Assembly: GCA_977018835.1 (NCBI GenBank)
Contig: OZ361257.1
Coordinates: 5,456,001 to 5,520,000, forward strand
Direction of reading: 5' to 3'
Length of the DNA: 64,000 nucleotides
DNA from: Minutocellus sp. GHC0000111
Taxonomy: Eukaryota
The notes beneath the pieces are model-generated. The model had not been told where the DNA came from, did not search any database, and was given only the letters and a program-made list of their open reading frames with translations. This document shows positions 23,275 to 33,489 of the stretch, in pieces. A program made the translations under genes and the position numbers. Position 1 is the first letter of the stretch, and every line of letters begins with the position of its first letter.

Positions 23275-26170
23275 CCTTTCGGTTTCAGAGGATTTGTAGA
23301 GGGTATACCAATAACCCCTAAAAAAGGTCATTCTTGCACCCATTTCTCATTGCCCACCACGTGTTTTGTTAGTCGATATTCTCTTCGGGAGGAACGCAAA
23401 TACTCCTCAACTCGTGGATATCTACTGGACCTGCTCATTCAGTAGGTTGCCACCGACCAGTAGTATCCACTGAATTCGCAGGTCCAGTAGATTCTGGCAG
23501 GAACACATGTATTTTTTGGTCCCCCGCACACCCTCACCGCAACCCGCAAATTTTGTGACGATGACGACGACCAACCCTAACCCTAAGGAGGACAACCACC
23601 CGAAATTCTCTGGACCGGAGGGACAGAAGGTGCATGAGAAAAGAAATCCCGATGAAGTTCTGTTCTCTGGGCGCTCGACTGTCTTAGCTACTAAGCTAGG
23701 TGAGAGGTTGTCAGCTCACAGAAAGGAGGCACAGTCAGCGCATTGCGAAGCAAGAGTAAAATCACTAGTCGACGAGGCCAAGAAACTGGGTTGGATGCCA
23801 GCAAGTCTCCTCAGCATACTGAAGGGAACTGGTGATACTTCCGCCACTGAAGCAGCTGCAGCCTCCCCCAATGATGAAGGTTTAGGAGGAGCCGATACTT
23901 CCGTTGTCTGTGCCACCTCCAGTGACATTGATGAACAGGTAAAGGTCGCTCTCGGCCTCGACTTTGTTGTTCGGATGGCCAACGATGACATGCTCCGTCC
24001 TCCTCGTCCCAATGCAACCGTCACCGAACCAATACCAATCAGAAAAGAAAAGCAGGCGAATGAAAGAATGCGGTTCAGCGCCGTGGCTCTCGCGGATTGG
24101 TGGGGATACGGCGACCCAACTCGCACGCATGAAGACCGCCAACAAATTGCAACTGCCGCGTGTCGGCAAGTTGCGTACGATCACGGTTATGCGAAGTCAA
24201 CCGGTGGTTCTCAGCTTTACAAGTGGAGAGACCAGCTCTACAAAAGCCTTACTGATGGCATCAGCAATCCCATCGGCAGAAAGGAGGTTCGTGGAAGGAA
24301 GGCATGCACGGACATGATCGAGGAGAAGGAGCCAGGATGTCTCCGCGAGCTGCATCGGCATGCTACTCGGATGAAGGGTGCGATGGCAACCTTTAAGGAG
24401 CTAGCTGACTGTATGAGCGCAAAATCAGCTACTCCAGATGAAGACAGGCTGACAATTAGTCTCCATCGTCTTCAGCTTTTTCGCTGGTGGAAAAAGCAAG
24501 GCGGTAAGGAGAAGTCGTCGATCGAGAAGCCGAGGCTCACCCCCGAACATTGTAGGAAGCGACTTGATTGGATCGAAAAGTGGGAGGACATTACGACCGA
24601 TCCCAACATTCCTGTAGCGTATCTTGATGAAAAGTGGTTTTACACTACTACTCGGCGACGAAAGATCAAGATGTTGCCACTTTCTGACGAAGAACTATGT
24701 AGTCCGAACCTCGCGTCTATCCATGCTTCCGAGGCAAGCCCGAAAATTCGATCCAGAAGATACCCTGTCAAAGTTATGTATCTTGGAGTTGTTGGCCGAC
24801 CAATGAAGGATGAAACCAAAGACGTTGATTTCAATGGGCGCATCATGATCAAGAGAGTCGCCAGGGAGCAGAAGGTGGAAAAGCTTACGCGTAATCAGAA
24901 TTTCTCTCCAGATGCTAAGGTCAACGATGCGCTAAAAAATGACAAAGATTGGCGCGACATTTACGACGAGAATGCTGACATGACCGCCGGCCATCTTTGC
25001 GACCACATTGCCGAAATCTACGGCCTTTCTGAGTTTGTTACAGAGCGATTGGAACTTCAATGCGAGGACTATAAATCCGACGGTCAGGCAAAAAGTCGCA
25101 AGCATGCCGCTGTTGGCTACAATCAAAAGATCTCGAGTCTCAAGCGACACACTCCTGATAGCAATGGAGAGAAGGTGAAGGTTGAGATCGACGACCTTGA
25201 GCTCGGGGTGCGGTGTCAACGGGGCGATAAGGTTACCAAGGACTGTAGCTGCGACTCCAAATGGATGTTGGAGACTATGAATGAGGTCGGGAAGGCGATT
25301 CGAGACGCACATCATTGGGTGAAGTGGGATCCACAAAATATTCAGGAGTCTGATGTTATATATCTTATGATGGACAATGCCGGCGGTCATGGGTCCAATG
25401 AAGCAGTTGAGAAGTACACCGAGGACCTCAAAAACAAATATAAGATTGAGATAATCCAGCAGGTTCCTCGGTCGCCCGAGACAAATGTTCTTGATCTCGG
25501 CATCTGGATGTCTTTGCAGTCGGCCGTCGAAAAGGAGCATCGCGGTCAGAAGAATGATGCGAATGCTCTTGACAAGACTGTGATGAAAGTATGGGCCAAT
25601 GTCGCATCAAAAGAGGCCTTTCTCAATGTAATTGGAAAACTTCCAGTGATATATAACAAAATCAAGAGAAGTCGTGGCGGTAACAATCTTGTGGAGACCA
25701 GACGGGGAAAGGCTGGTCTCGCAAAAATTGCCGAGGAAGAAGCTGAAGAGGATGGTGAACCACTCTGGCCAATTGATGCTCCCGGCGAAGATGATGACAT
25801 TGAGGACGACATAGATGAAAATGATGAAGACGATGGAGTCATTGATTTGCTATAACTTATCATAGCATGTCCATTTCTATTCATTACATTTTGATTTGGT
25901 GCTTCCAAAAATGTATTTTTTTCCCGGGGTGAGGAATGCAAATGTCGAAAAAAATCATCACATAATGTACATTTATTGGTTCTGGTGCACAATATCTCTC
26001 GACTATATGTAGAAGTTGGTGACCATAACTTGGTTCTTGCCCCGACTTCCATCTTGGCCGTCATTTATTCCTCGGAGTTAGAAAAAGTGAGCTTGGATTT
26101 TTGGTCTGGTGTGGTCGTGTTTCTAATACGTCATCATCACGTCACTTTCAAATCCTCTGAACTCGAAAGG
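23275..26170 (+). mobile_element. Tc1/mariner superfamily DNA transposon (DD39D group)
   Basis: 22-bp TIRs CCTTTCGGTTTCAGAGGATTTG (23275-23296) and CAAATCCTCTGAACTCGAAAGG (26149-26170, 2 mismatches); TA on both flanks. Confidence 0.93.
23507..25855 (+). CDS. DD39D mariner-type transposase
   Basis: PRLT...R, LDEKWF (D at 24626), KVMYLGVVGRP, MDNAGGH (D at 25373), PRSPETNVLDLG (D at 25493; 39 residues between the last two Asp). Confidence 0.92.
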   Translation: MYFLVPRTPSPQPANFVTMTTTNPNPKEDNHPKFSGPEGQKVHEKRNPDEVLFSGRSTVLATKLGERLSAHRKEAQSAHCEARVKSLVDEAKKLGWMPASLLSILKGTGDTSATEAAAASPNDEGLGGADTSVVCATSSDIDEQVKVALGLDFVVRMANDDMLRPPRPNATVTEPIPIRKEKQANERMRFSAVALADWWGYGDPTRTHEDRQQIATAACRQVAYDHGYAKSTGGSQLYKWRDQLYKSLTDGISNPIGRKEVRGRKACTDMIEEKEPGCLRELHRHATRMKGAMATFKELADCMSAKSATPDEDRLTISLHRLQLFRWWKKQGGKEKSSIEKPRLTPEHCRKRLDWIEKWEDITTDPNIPVAYLDEKWFYTTTRRRKIKMLPLSDEELCSPNLASIHASEASPKIRSRRYPVKVMYLGVVGRPMKDETKDVDFNGRIMIKRVAREQKVEKLTRNQNFSPDAKVNDALKNDKDWRDIYDENADMTAGHLCDHIAEIYGLSEFVTERLELQCEDYKSDGQAKSRKHAAVGYNQKISSLKRHTPDSNGEKVKVEIDDLELGVRCQRGDKVTKDCSCDSKWMLETMNEVGKAIRDAHHWVKWDPQNIQESDVIYLMMDNAGGHGSNEAVEKYTEDLKNKYKIEIIQQVPRSPETNVLDLGIWMSLQSAVEKEHRGQKNDANALDKTVMKVWANVASKEAFLNVIGKLPVIYNKIKRSRGGNNLVETRRGKAGLAKIAEEEAEEDGEPLWPIDAPGEDDDIEDDIDENDEDDGVIDLL

Positions 26171-26356
26171 TACAATCAATCGGCCATTTATTTAGACAAT
26201 AGTGTGAGTAGATCTGGCTCAGTTGTTGTGACGTATTTCGCCGACTTCACCGACGAAGAACACCCTCGCCTCGCTCCATGTTGCAATGTGTCCATGTGCA
26301 TCACGTGCACAACATCTCCACCCATCACTGCGCCACTGCCCAGTCATTTATCAGCC

Positions 26357-27919
26357 ATGATCCCGGCTCTCGCTGTTTGCCTGGCGCTTAGTTGTACCGT
26401 GTTGGTGCTCCTTGCCAGGGCATCTGCGCAACGAGCAAAGAAAGGCATCGAGGGGCTGCCAGAAGTTCCTAATGCTCACTGGCTATTCGGTCACTTCAAC
26501 ATCTTCAAGCGCATCCTGAATAGCGCAGAATTCGGCGACGCCCAACGCATCCTGGCGTACGACTACGCCAATAGCGACGGTGTGTGCACCTTTCGCATGT
26601 TTGGGAAGCAATGGGTGTCCTTCACTAAACCAGAAAGCGTAAGGAAGGTGCTAACGCTCGCCCATCACCGAGATACCTCCAAACCTCAGACTAGACATGG
26701 AGCGCGCTTGTTCGGTCGACGGAACCTTCTTTCCATGCGCGGAAGGGAGTGGCGTTTCTGGCGTACTGCTGTTCATCGCGCCTTCACGCCAGCGACACTG
26801 AAAGGAATGCAAGCGAGGATGGCGGCAGTTGCATCAACCCTGGTCGAATCGATTGCAAAACGGATTGATGACGAACAACAAAGTTCCTCGCCCACTTGGA
26901 TGGATGCCGAAGAGCTGATGAAGATGGTCACCCTCGACACATTCGGATTGACTGCCTTGGGCGTTCATTTTCGATCTTGCCGAAATTTAAACCCTTCACC
27001 GGTCGCCACTGCTTTCGATTTCCTCTCGAGTGAGTTGATGCGACGAATGAAGACAATGTATCTTCCGACGTCTCACTTATACTCTCTCCCGACCGAAGCA
27101 AATCGGAGACACAAACGAGAAAGTGCGGTGATAAGAAGTGTCCTTGACGAAGCAGTTAAGCGTCGGCGAGAACAAGCGACACAAACAAGCGACGAAACAG
27201 AAGATGATTTGCTGGCCCATCTTTTTCGCGCAGTGGATAGCGCCGGCACAAAGACTGAGTTCGATTTATCTGATGAGATCTTTAGCGACATGCTCATGGG
27301 TTTGCTATTTGCTGGATACGAAACCACAAGCATAACCTTGACATATTGCTTGTATTGCCTAGCGAAGAATCCTGACGTTGAGCAGCGGGCATTGGAGGAG
27401 ATTAATTCAGTACTTGAACAGACCCCTGGCGATAATGACGAGCCTACAAACCCAATCGATCCAGACCAGCTCCCCTATTGCCGGGCAATCATAATGGAAA
27501 CATTAAGGATGTACCCGCCAGTTATCCTCACCTTCCGGACACTGGAGGAGCCAATGAAAATATCTGGATGTGTAATTCCAGCAGGAACTCAAGTCTTTAT
27601 TCCAATTTGGGCAATTCAGAGGGATAGTCATACATTTCCGAAGCCACTGGAATTTATTCCTGAACGTTGGGATGATAATATGAGTGCTGAGTGCGATGTC
27701 CCGCCTGGAGATCGTAACGGCTTTCTATGCTTCTCTGGAGGTGCGCGCTCATGTATAGGAAGAAAATTTGCAATGCAAGAAGCGGTCATCATACTTGCTC
27801 AGTTGCTCCGAAATCTGAAGTTCGAGGTAGACGATGACTATGTCGTGGAACCTTTCAGGGCAGGCCTCATCCAAACCCCTCGAGGCGGAATGCCCATGAA
27901 GATTAGTCGTCGTTCTTAG
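26357..27919 (+). CDS. Cytochrome P450 (ER-anchored)
   Basis: N-terminal anchor, AGYETT I-helix, ETLR, PERW, FSGGARSCIG heme motif. Confidence 0.95.
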   Translation: MIPALAVCLALSCTVLVLLARASAQRAKKGIEGLPEVPNAHWLFGHFNIFKRILNSAEFGDAQRILAYDYANSDGVCTFRMFGKQWVSFTKPESVRKVLTLAHHRDTSKPQTRHGARLFGRRNLLSMRGREWRFWRTAVHRAFTPATLKGMQARMAAVASTLVESIAKRIDDEQQSSSPTWMDAEELMKMVTLDTFGLTALGVHFRSCRNLNPSPVATAFDFLSSELMRRMKTMYLPTSHLYSLPTEANRRHKRESAVIRSVLDEAVKRRREQATQTSDETEDDLLAHLFRAVDSAGTKTEFDLSDEIFSDMLMGLLFAGYETTSITLTYCLYCLAKNPDVEQRALEEINSVLEQTPGDNDEPTNPIDPDQLPYCRAIIMETLRMYPPVILTFRTLEEPMKISGCVIPAGTQVFIPIWAIQRDSHTFPKPLEFIPERWDDNMSAECDVPPGDRNGFLCFSGGARSCIGRKFAMQEAVIILAQLLRNLKFEVDDDYVVEPFRAGLIQTPRGGMPMKISRRS

Positions 27920-28093
27920 GAATGTTTTTGTTTTATTAGAACTTTTCCATGTGTACCTAGATATGTTCTGTAGTTTGTCCATCGCTTCTTTTTTAAAGGA
28001 GATAAAATAAATGAGTTCGATCACAGCATTTTAGAATGTGTAAACCAGCACTATGACTCTATGACGAGTATAGTAGTACTTATCCACACTATG

Positions 28094-30523
28094 TTATCTG
28101 AAGCCGCCGGGAAATGGAGCTAATGTTAGCCCCGAGAGACACAATAAAAATGTCAAAAGCCACAACCGGATAGATCCGACTCCGGTGACTTCGTCAGAGC
28201 AAAGAATTTCTGCTTTGCGATGGTATAGCAAAATCAGAAAGGCACTAAATATGGACACTGTTGTACTCCCATTAGCTGCACTGATGAAGAGAATCAACAG
28301 CGACAGGAATGAGGCAAGAGCTGCATTGCGCCGACCAAAGGCCGCTAACATGGCCCTGCCGCCATCGAGCCGACCAATAGGTAAGAGAGATATAGCTGAA
28401 AAAGTAAGGCCACTCATGCCAGCAAGAAACAAGGGATGGACGGGCACGGGCTGAGATAGTGGCTGCATCAGTAACTTGGGACATATTTTCATTGTGATGA
28501 GGGATATGAGAAAACTTCTTTTGCAAACTACACCCGCCGGGATCGCTGGCATTCTTGTCAAAGTAGGAGGCGTTGCAGTGACTGTAAGATGAAGCCCTCC
28601 AATGATCATAAACAAAGAAAGCAGAACCGTGGCGACAGGACCACTTAGTGCCACATCGAGCAAATCCTTTCTTGTCTTTGGAAATGATCGCAGTTGTATC
28701 CTGCTACCAAGAGTGCCAAATCGTAATGACGGCATCGGTATTGGTAAACCACGCGAGATTCCTCGGCGTTTCGCCATGGCATATCTTGCCGTTTCATAGA
28801 TGACGAACAAAGATGCGATGCCTCCGCCCAATAGTGATAAACACGGCTTCAAGACACTCATGCTTTTCCCCGTCGTCAAGCTTTCAAAAAAAGATCCGGT
28901 GTTCAATGCATGTGAAGAAATGGCGAAATTAATGGTGGTGTAGATTGTTGCGAGAGTCATCAGGATTTTTGTCGAGAGTCGATACTCGGTGCCTCGTATT
29001 GGTCGGATAGAAGATGGTACTGCTAAAACGGCAGGCGGCAACTCGCCTTGCTCATCACGCCTTTCTTCAGGATCTTGTAAAATGAATAATTGCAGGCGAC
29101 CATCGAGTTCGGTCTTGGCAAAACGGGATTGAATGGCCTGAAATGCCGACGAACTGATGCGATCGTTCTCCAAGCTTGAAACGCTAAACTGGGGGAGGGT
29201 ATGGTTGACCTTCTGTAACGCAGCCGCCTTCCGTTTTGCAGCCTCCATGCTTTCGAGTTGTCTCCGCTCAACAAAATTACCCCTGAAAATTGTTGCATAA
29301 CCGCAAGATTCCCACCCAGTGCAAAAGAATGGAGATCCTGCAAGTACTTCTTCTCGGAGCTGTTGTGTGTCGTTCTTATTGATTGGCTTCCGATGTAGGA
29401 GAAGGAACGGTACTATCGCATTTGGCAGCCAGTTTGGCACTTCGACAAAATCTTTAATCGCGGCGAGAAGTGTTGAATTGCCCACTCCGGTATTGTTTCT
29501 CTGTAGGGTTGTAAGAGTGGCATTGGAACCCCGCCGGATCAATTCCAGACGCTTTGAAAACAAGGCGAAATTGCGCTTGGAGATTTCTTCGTCGGCTCTG
29601 CGCAATTCCTTCAATCTGGTTCGAAGCTTCGGTGCAGCAGCAGTGCTACCTGCGAGGGCAAACCTATTCCGAGACCCCGGCGTTTTATTTTCACATTGGG
29701 CCGAAATACCAACGTCACTTGGTGGAGGCTTGGACGATGGCCTTTGAGCACCAGTAGCTTCATCGTACTCCGAGCCCGTGCCTCCTTCTTCGATTATTTC
29801 AATAGCATCAATCAGTGCCTGAGCAAGACCACCCAAGCCAGCGCCCAAGGCCACCTTCTGAGCATCATCTTGGCTGAAATTTGCTTTCGTCCCTCCTATA
29901 GCCGTGGGTCCCATCCAGTTGCCAGCGTCTGTGGCTACGTTCTCCCGCTCATGTATCCTCTCGACAATCCTCAATAACTTGGTAGATGAGAGAGGTTCCG
30001 GGTACGATTGCAACATCTTGACGATTGCATCGACACGTTTCATTTTAAAGACTTCGTCTGAGCCATCTGGAAGCATCCCGCCATTCTCCTTGGCGCCCAA
30101 CAGCACCAGTTCGGTCTGATTGACCGCTGCAGCCGCCACCAGCTCATCGATGAATATATCCATCTCTGCATCTCTTCCTTGTTTGCGTGCGTTGCTTTCG
30201 TCGCAAAGCTTGCGTTCCGCCGCCTCGGCCTCCGCCTTGAGGGCCCGGGCCCTCCGACGCAGTTCCTGAGCCTGCTCAATTGTTGTGATATCAATGTCTT
30301 CAACGTTATCGACGTCATTTTTCTTTATTTGTCGTCTGGTAATTGATGGAGATTGATGATGGTGACGACGATGGTGCCCTCCAGATGCGGGAATGCCGCT
30401 GGTTCTACGAGTACTGCAGCCGATACTCGCTGGAGAAAATGCACAGACGCCACACTCATTTACAGCGAACGACACAAATGCAAACGCCACCACCGCCGCG
30501 GCAATGGCGTGAAACCCCTTCAT
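28094..30523 (-). CDS. Plastid-targeted EGY-like M50 family membrane protein, probably catalytically inactive
   Basis: Signal peptide plus VCA-FSP; LDVALSGP, VHPLFLAG and LPIGRLDGGR motifs of EGY/S2P. The HExxH position reads YETAR. Confidence 0.8.
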   Translation of the reverse strand: MKGFHAIAAAVVAFAFVSFAVNECGVCAFSPASIGCSTRRTSGIPASGGHHRRHHHQSPSITRRQIKKNDVDNVEDIDITTIEQAQELRRRARALKAEAEAAERKLCDESNARKQGRDAEMDIFIDELVAAAAVNQTELVLLGAKENGGMLPDGSDEVFKMKRVDAIVKMLQSYPEPLSSTKLLRIVERIHERENVATDAGNWMGPTAIGGTKANFSQDDAQKVALGAGLGGLAQALIDAIEIIEEGGTGSEYDEATGAQRPSSKPPPSDVGISAQCENKTPGSRNRFALAGSTAAAPKLRTRLKELRRADEEISKRNFALFSKRLELIRRGSNATLTTLQRNNTGVGNSTLLAAIKDFVEVPNWLPNAIVPFLLLHRKPINKNDTQQLREEVLAGSPFFCTGWESCGYATIFRGNFVERRQLESMEAAKRKAAALQKVNHTLPQFSVSSLENDRISSSAFQAIQSRFAKTELDGRLQLFILQDPEERRDEQGELPPAVLAVPSSIRPIRGTEYRLSTKILMTLATIYTTINFAISSHALNTGSFFESLTTGKSMSVLKPCLSLLGGGIASLFVIYETARYAMAKRRGISRGLPIPMPSLRFGTLGSRIQLRSFPKTRKDLLDVALSGPVATVLLSLFMIIGGLHLTVTATPPTLTRMPAIPAGVVCKRSFLISLITMKICPKLLMQPLSQPVPVHPLFLAGMSGLTFSAISLLPIGRLDGGRAMLAAFGRRNAALASFLSLLILFISAANGSTTVSIFSAFLILLYHRKAEILCSDEVTGVGSIRLWLLTFLLCLSGLTLAPFPGGFR

Positions 30524-30992
30524 GGTGGTGCCCTTCACGCTGGATGTATGGCCGACCCTTGCCTCTGACCTCGTATCTTGCCGATGCCGCGATGCCCACG
30601 CGCACTCCTCGTTCTCGTCCGTCCGCCACCCGGATCTGAAACCTGCCTCATTCCTCATTCTTCACGGCCCGAGATGGGGATCGGGACGGCGCTCCGAGCG
30701 CCGCTTGCCGCTCTTCTGCTCCTTGTTCTTCCACCGAACGCCGATGCCATGGTTCTTTCGTCGATACCTCGTCGTATCCCCTGCCTGGGTTTGCAGCGCC
30801 TTACAGCAGCGACCGGCACATCCTTTTCAAGCACAAACTGGCGGCACCATCCTGCTCAATAGCATCGGCACCGACGTGCTTCTTCTGCTTCAAAGGTAGC
30901 GGCTAGTCATGCCTCCCAAATAACCTCGCCGCTCTCATCATTAGCATCAGAATGGACAACTATGGATTGGCAGAGCGAAACGCGCGACCATA

Positions 30993-32255
30993 GTGGCATT
31001 CATGGTGGTGAAAATTCTGCATCTTATGAAGTGGCGACTTTCTGATCTGCTACCAACACCGTCACCACAACAACCATCTCCGGTCGAGAGGCTTCTTGTC
31101 AGAGACAGACTCGTTTATGTAAAGCGCGATGACTTGCTCCGTCTGGCAGACTCTAACGTTGGTGGTAACAAGGCACGGAAATTCCTGTCGCTGAATGAAT
31201 TGGCCGCAGAAAAGTTTCCAGACGTTATCGTCAGCTATGGTGGACCCCAATCCAATGCAATGCTGGCCTTGGCGGCGATTGTCCATTCCAAGAACGTAGA
31301 TGATGGAACAGCAAAGAAGAAGCGTTTTGTTTATTACACCAAAAAACTGCCAAGATACCTCCGGCAGCAGCCCAGCGGCAATTTTCTTCGGGCAAAGTCG
31401 CTTGGGATGAAATTGGTGGAGCTTCCACACTGGAAATATGACGAATTGTTTGGAGGGGAATCGGGGGGCAGTGCATCACCACCACCGGAACTGGAACCAC
31501 CGCCGCTGGCGATAGATGACGACGTAGAAGCTGCGAGTGTTTCAGCTCCTCTATCATGTCTGTGGGTGCCACAGGGTGGAGCCTGCGGTGTGGCATGCAG
31601 AGGTGCACGGGTCCAAGCAGAGGAAATCGTCGAGTTTTGGCATCAAAGTGGAAAGGGCTTGCCTCTAGCGGTGTGCTTACCTGGCGGTACGTGCACAACG
31701 GCGCTCCTTCTCCACCGCGAAATGAATGAGATACTGCATAGACGGCGACAGATCCACGAGGTACCTCTGGACATTCAAGTTGTAGTAATTCCTTGTGTTG
31801 GCGGCGACGAGTATGCACAACGTCAGATGAGTAGCCTCGACATGGCACTTGGTGGCGACGGCAAGGACCTGCCAGAGATTTTGAGACCGATCCAACCGCA
31901 GGCGAAAGAGCAAACTTACAAGGGGAACAAGAATAAAAACTCGCCACCAAAACGGATCGATAGAAAGCCGAAGGGCTATTACCGCTTTGGGAACCCAGAT
32001 ATCGATCTTCTAGATACTTACAACGAAATGAAGGAGGAGTACGGAATACTTTTCGATCTGTTGTATGGCGCCCCGGCCTGGACCATACTGCTGCAGCACT
32101 GGTCTGATAAAACAGCACAGAGCAGCCATGGCGACGAAAGTCCTGTTGCCGGACGACAGATAATGTATGTTCACAGCGGTGGTTTAGAAGGTATCTCCAG
32201 CCAAATGACAAGGTACAAACACAAAGGACTGATAGATCCGAACTCCATACAGTAG
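30993..32255 (+). CDS. PLP-dependent ACC deaminase / D-cysteine desulfhydrase family protein (true start uncertain, probably upstream)
   Basis: YVKRDDLL, GGNKARKF (PLP Lys), SYGGPQSNAM, PGGTCTT, FDLLYG, YVHSGGLEG. Confidence 0.85.
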   Translation: MAFMVVKILHLMKWRLSDLLPTPSPQQPSPVERLLVRDRLVYVKRDDLLRLADSNVGGNKARKFLSLNELAAEKFPDVIVSYGGPQSNAMLALAAIVHSKNVDDGTAKKKRFVYYTKKLPRYLRQQPSGNFLRAKSLGMKLVELPHWKYDELFGGESGGSASPPPELEPPPLAIDDDVEAASVSAPLSCLWVPQGGACGVACRGARVQAEEIVEFWHQSGKGLPLAVCLPGGTCTTALLLHREMNEILHRRRQIHEVPLDIQVVVIPCVGGDEYAQRQMSSLDMALGGDGKDLPEILRPIQPQAKEQTYKGNKNKNSPPKRIDRKPKGYYRFGNPDIDLLDTYNEMKEEYGILFDLLYGAPAWTILLQHWSDKTAQSSHGDESPVAGRQIMYVHSGGLEGISSQMTRYKHKGLIDPNSIQ

Positions 32256-32367
32256 CAGAGACGCCTTTAAATAGCAATACTAGACTAGCGAGTTTATATA
32301 ACATGCGTCATATGTGGTCTTAATCGTTTATGTGCAATGTGTATAAAATAAGTGAGTCAATGAAAGT

Positions 32368-33489
32368 TTATGCCATGCTCAACCTGCGAGTCTGCAGTTT
32401 GGCAAGGCGGGTCTTTGCGGCGCTTTTCAGATAGTCATTGAGATGCTGCACCGGGCAAGTACCATCGGCCACCTTGCCATAGTAGTACATCGCCTTCTCC
32501 TTGTTCATATTAACAGTGACATGTCCAAAGTGATACCAGCAAGCTAAGTTCCAAATGGCGAGGTCGGAACCGAGGCCGGCGGCAAGGCCCGATAGCATGA
32601 AGCCCTCACAAACATTGCGGTCCGTCCCCCACCCCTCAACCAGACATGATCCTGCACTGGCCATGCCCTTGGCATCGTTCGCGTCGGCGGCTTTTTTAAA
32701 GTACTCGAAGCCCACCTTCTTGTCGACATCAAAACCGTGCCGACCATGAAAATGCCACTGGCCGACTTCCCACATGACTGAAACATCCCCTTCATTGGCC
32801 CTCTTGACGTAGTCCTCGACCATCTGCTTGGTCTCCATTCCCTTCCTCCATGCATCGGCATAATCTCCGTGGATGACATCGTTCTCGATGAGGTGGCGAA
32901 TCGTGTTGCGAACATGGATGGCAGGGAGGAGAGTCTGACCCATCAGGGCATTCGTCATCGGACTTCGGACCTTGGGCAAGTTTCTCTTGGGAACATCGGT
33001 TTCGCCGGCGACACGGCCACGCTGCAGACGCTCGCCGCCAACTCCCACGCTAAACCCACCGAGCCGAAAGCTGAAGCTACCAAGGACGTAGTCCAGAACG
33101 CCACGCCAATATTCATAAATGCCTCCTCCCCGACCAGCACCAGCACCAGCGCCAGCGATTGGACTGCCGGGTTCGGCCACCGGATTTTCCCAGAAGTGCT
33201 TCTTGATGGCCGCCCGCTCGTAGGTGCACCCGTCCTCGGCGGTCACCGGGTCAATGGGCAATTCACGGGTGATAGGGCACAACAATTCCTTGACAACAAA
33301 GTCGCCACCGACATGATGCTTGGCCCGCTTGGTGTGCTTGGATGGGTCAACAGCGTCGGCACCGGCGTCTTCGTCCCGTGGCCGTTTGTTGCTCGTTGAG
33401 TTAGACTCCATGTTCTCAGTTTTTGCCAAATCACTGCTGGGCATGTTCGAGTTGGACTGTTCCACGGCCACGCTCTCACTTTGTGTCAT
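32368..33489 (-). CDS. U-box + Sel1-like repeat protein (putative E3 ligase)
   Basis: LLCPITRELPIDPVTAEDGCTYERAAI...RSPMTN U-box; three Sel1-like repeats. Confidence 0.88.
   Translation of the reverse strand: MTQSESVAVEQSNSNMPSSDLAKTENMESNSTSNKRPRDEDAGADAVDPSKHTKRAKHHVGGDFVVKELLCPITRELPIDPVTAEDGCTYERAAIKKHFWENPVAEPGSPIAGAGAGAGRGGGIYEYWRGVLDYVLGSFSFRLGGFSVGVGGERLQRGRVAGETDVPKRNLPKVRSPMTNALMGQTLLPAIHVRNTIRHLIENDVIHGDYADAWRKGMETKQMVEDYVKRANEGDVSVMWEVGQWHFHGRHGFDVDKKVGFEYFKKAADANDAKGMASAGSCLVEGWGTDRNVCEGFMLSGLAAGLGSDLAIWNLACWYHFGHVTVNMNKEKAMYYYGKVADGTCPVQHLNDYLKSAAKTRLAKLQTRRLSMA

Noticed and set aside
25976..26356. N-terminal extension of the P450 ORF
   Set aside because: It starts at a non-ATG codon inside the transposon end; the membrane anchor begins at ATG 26357.
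20809..32255. Amine oxidase + P450 + PLP enzyme as a biosynthetic gene cluster
   Set aside because: No scaffold-forming enzyme is present, an unrelated plastid gene intervenes, and the predicted compartments differ. Co-expression data would be needed.
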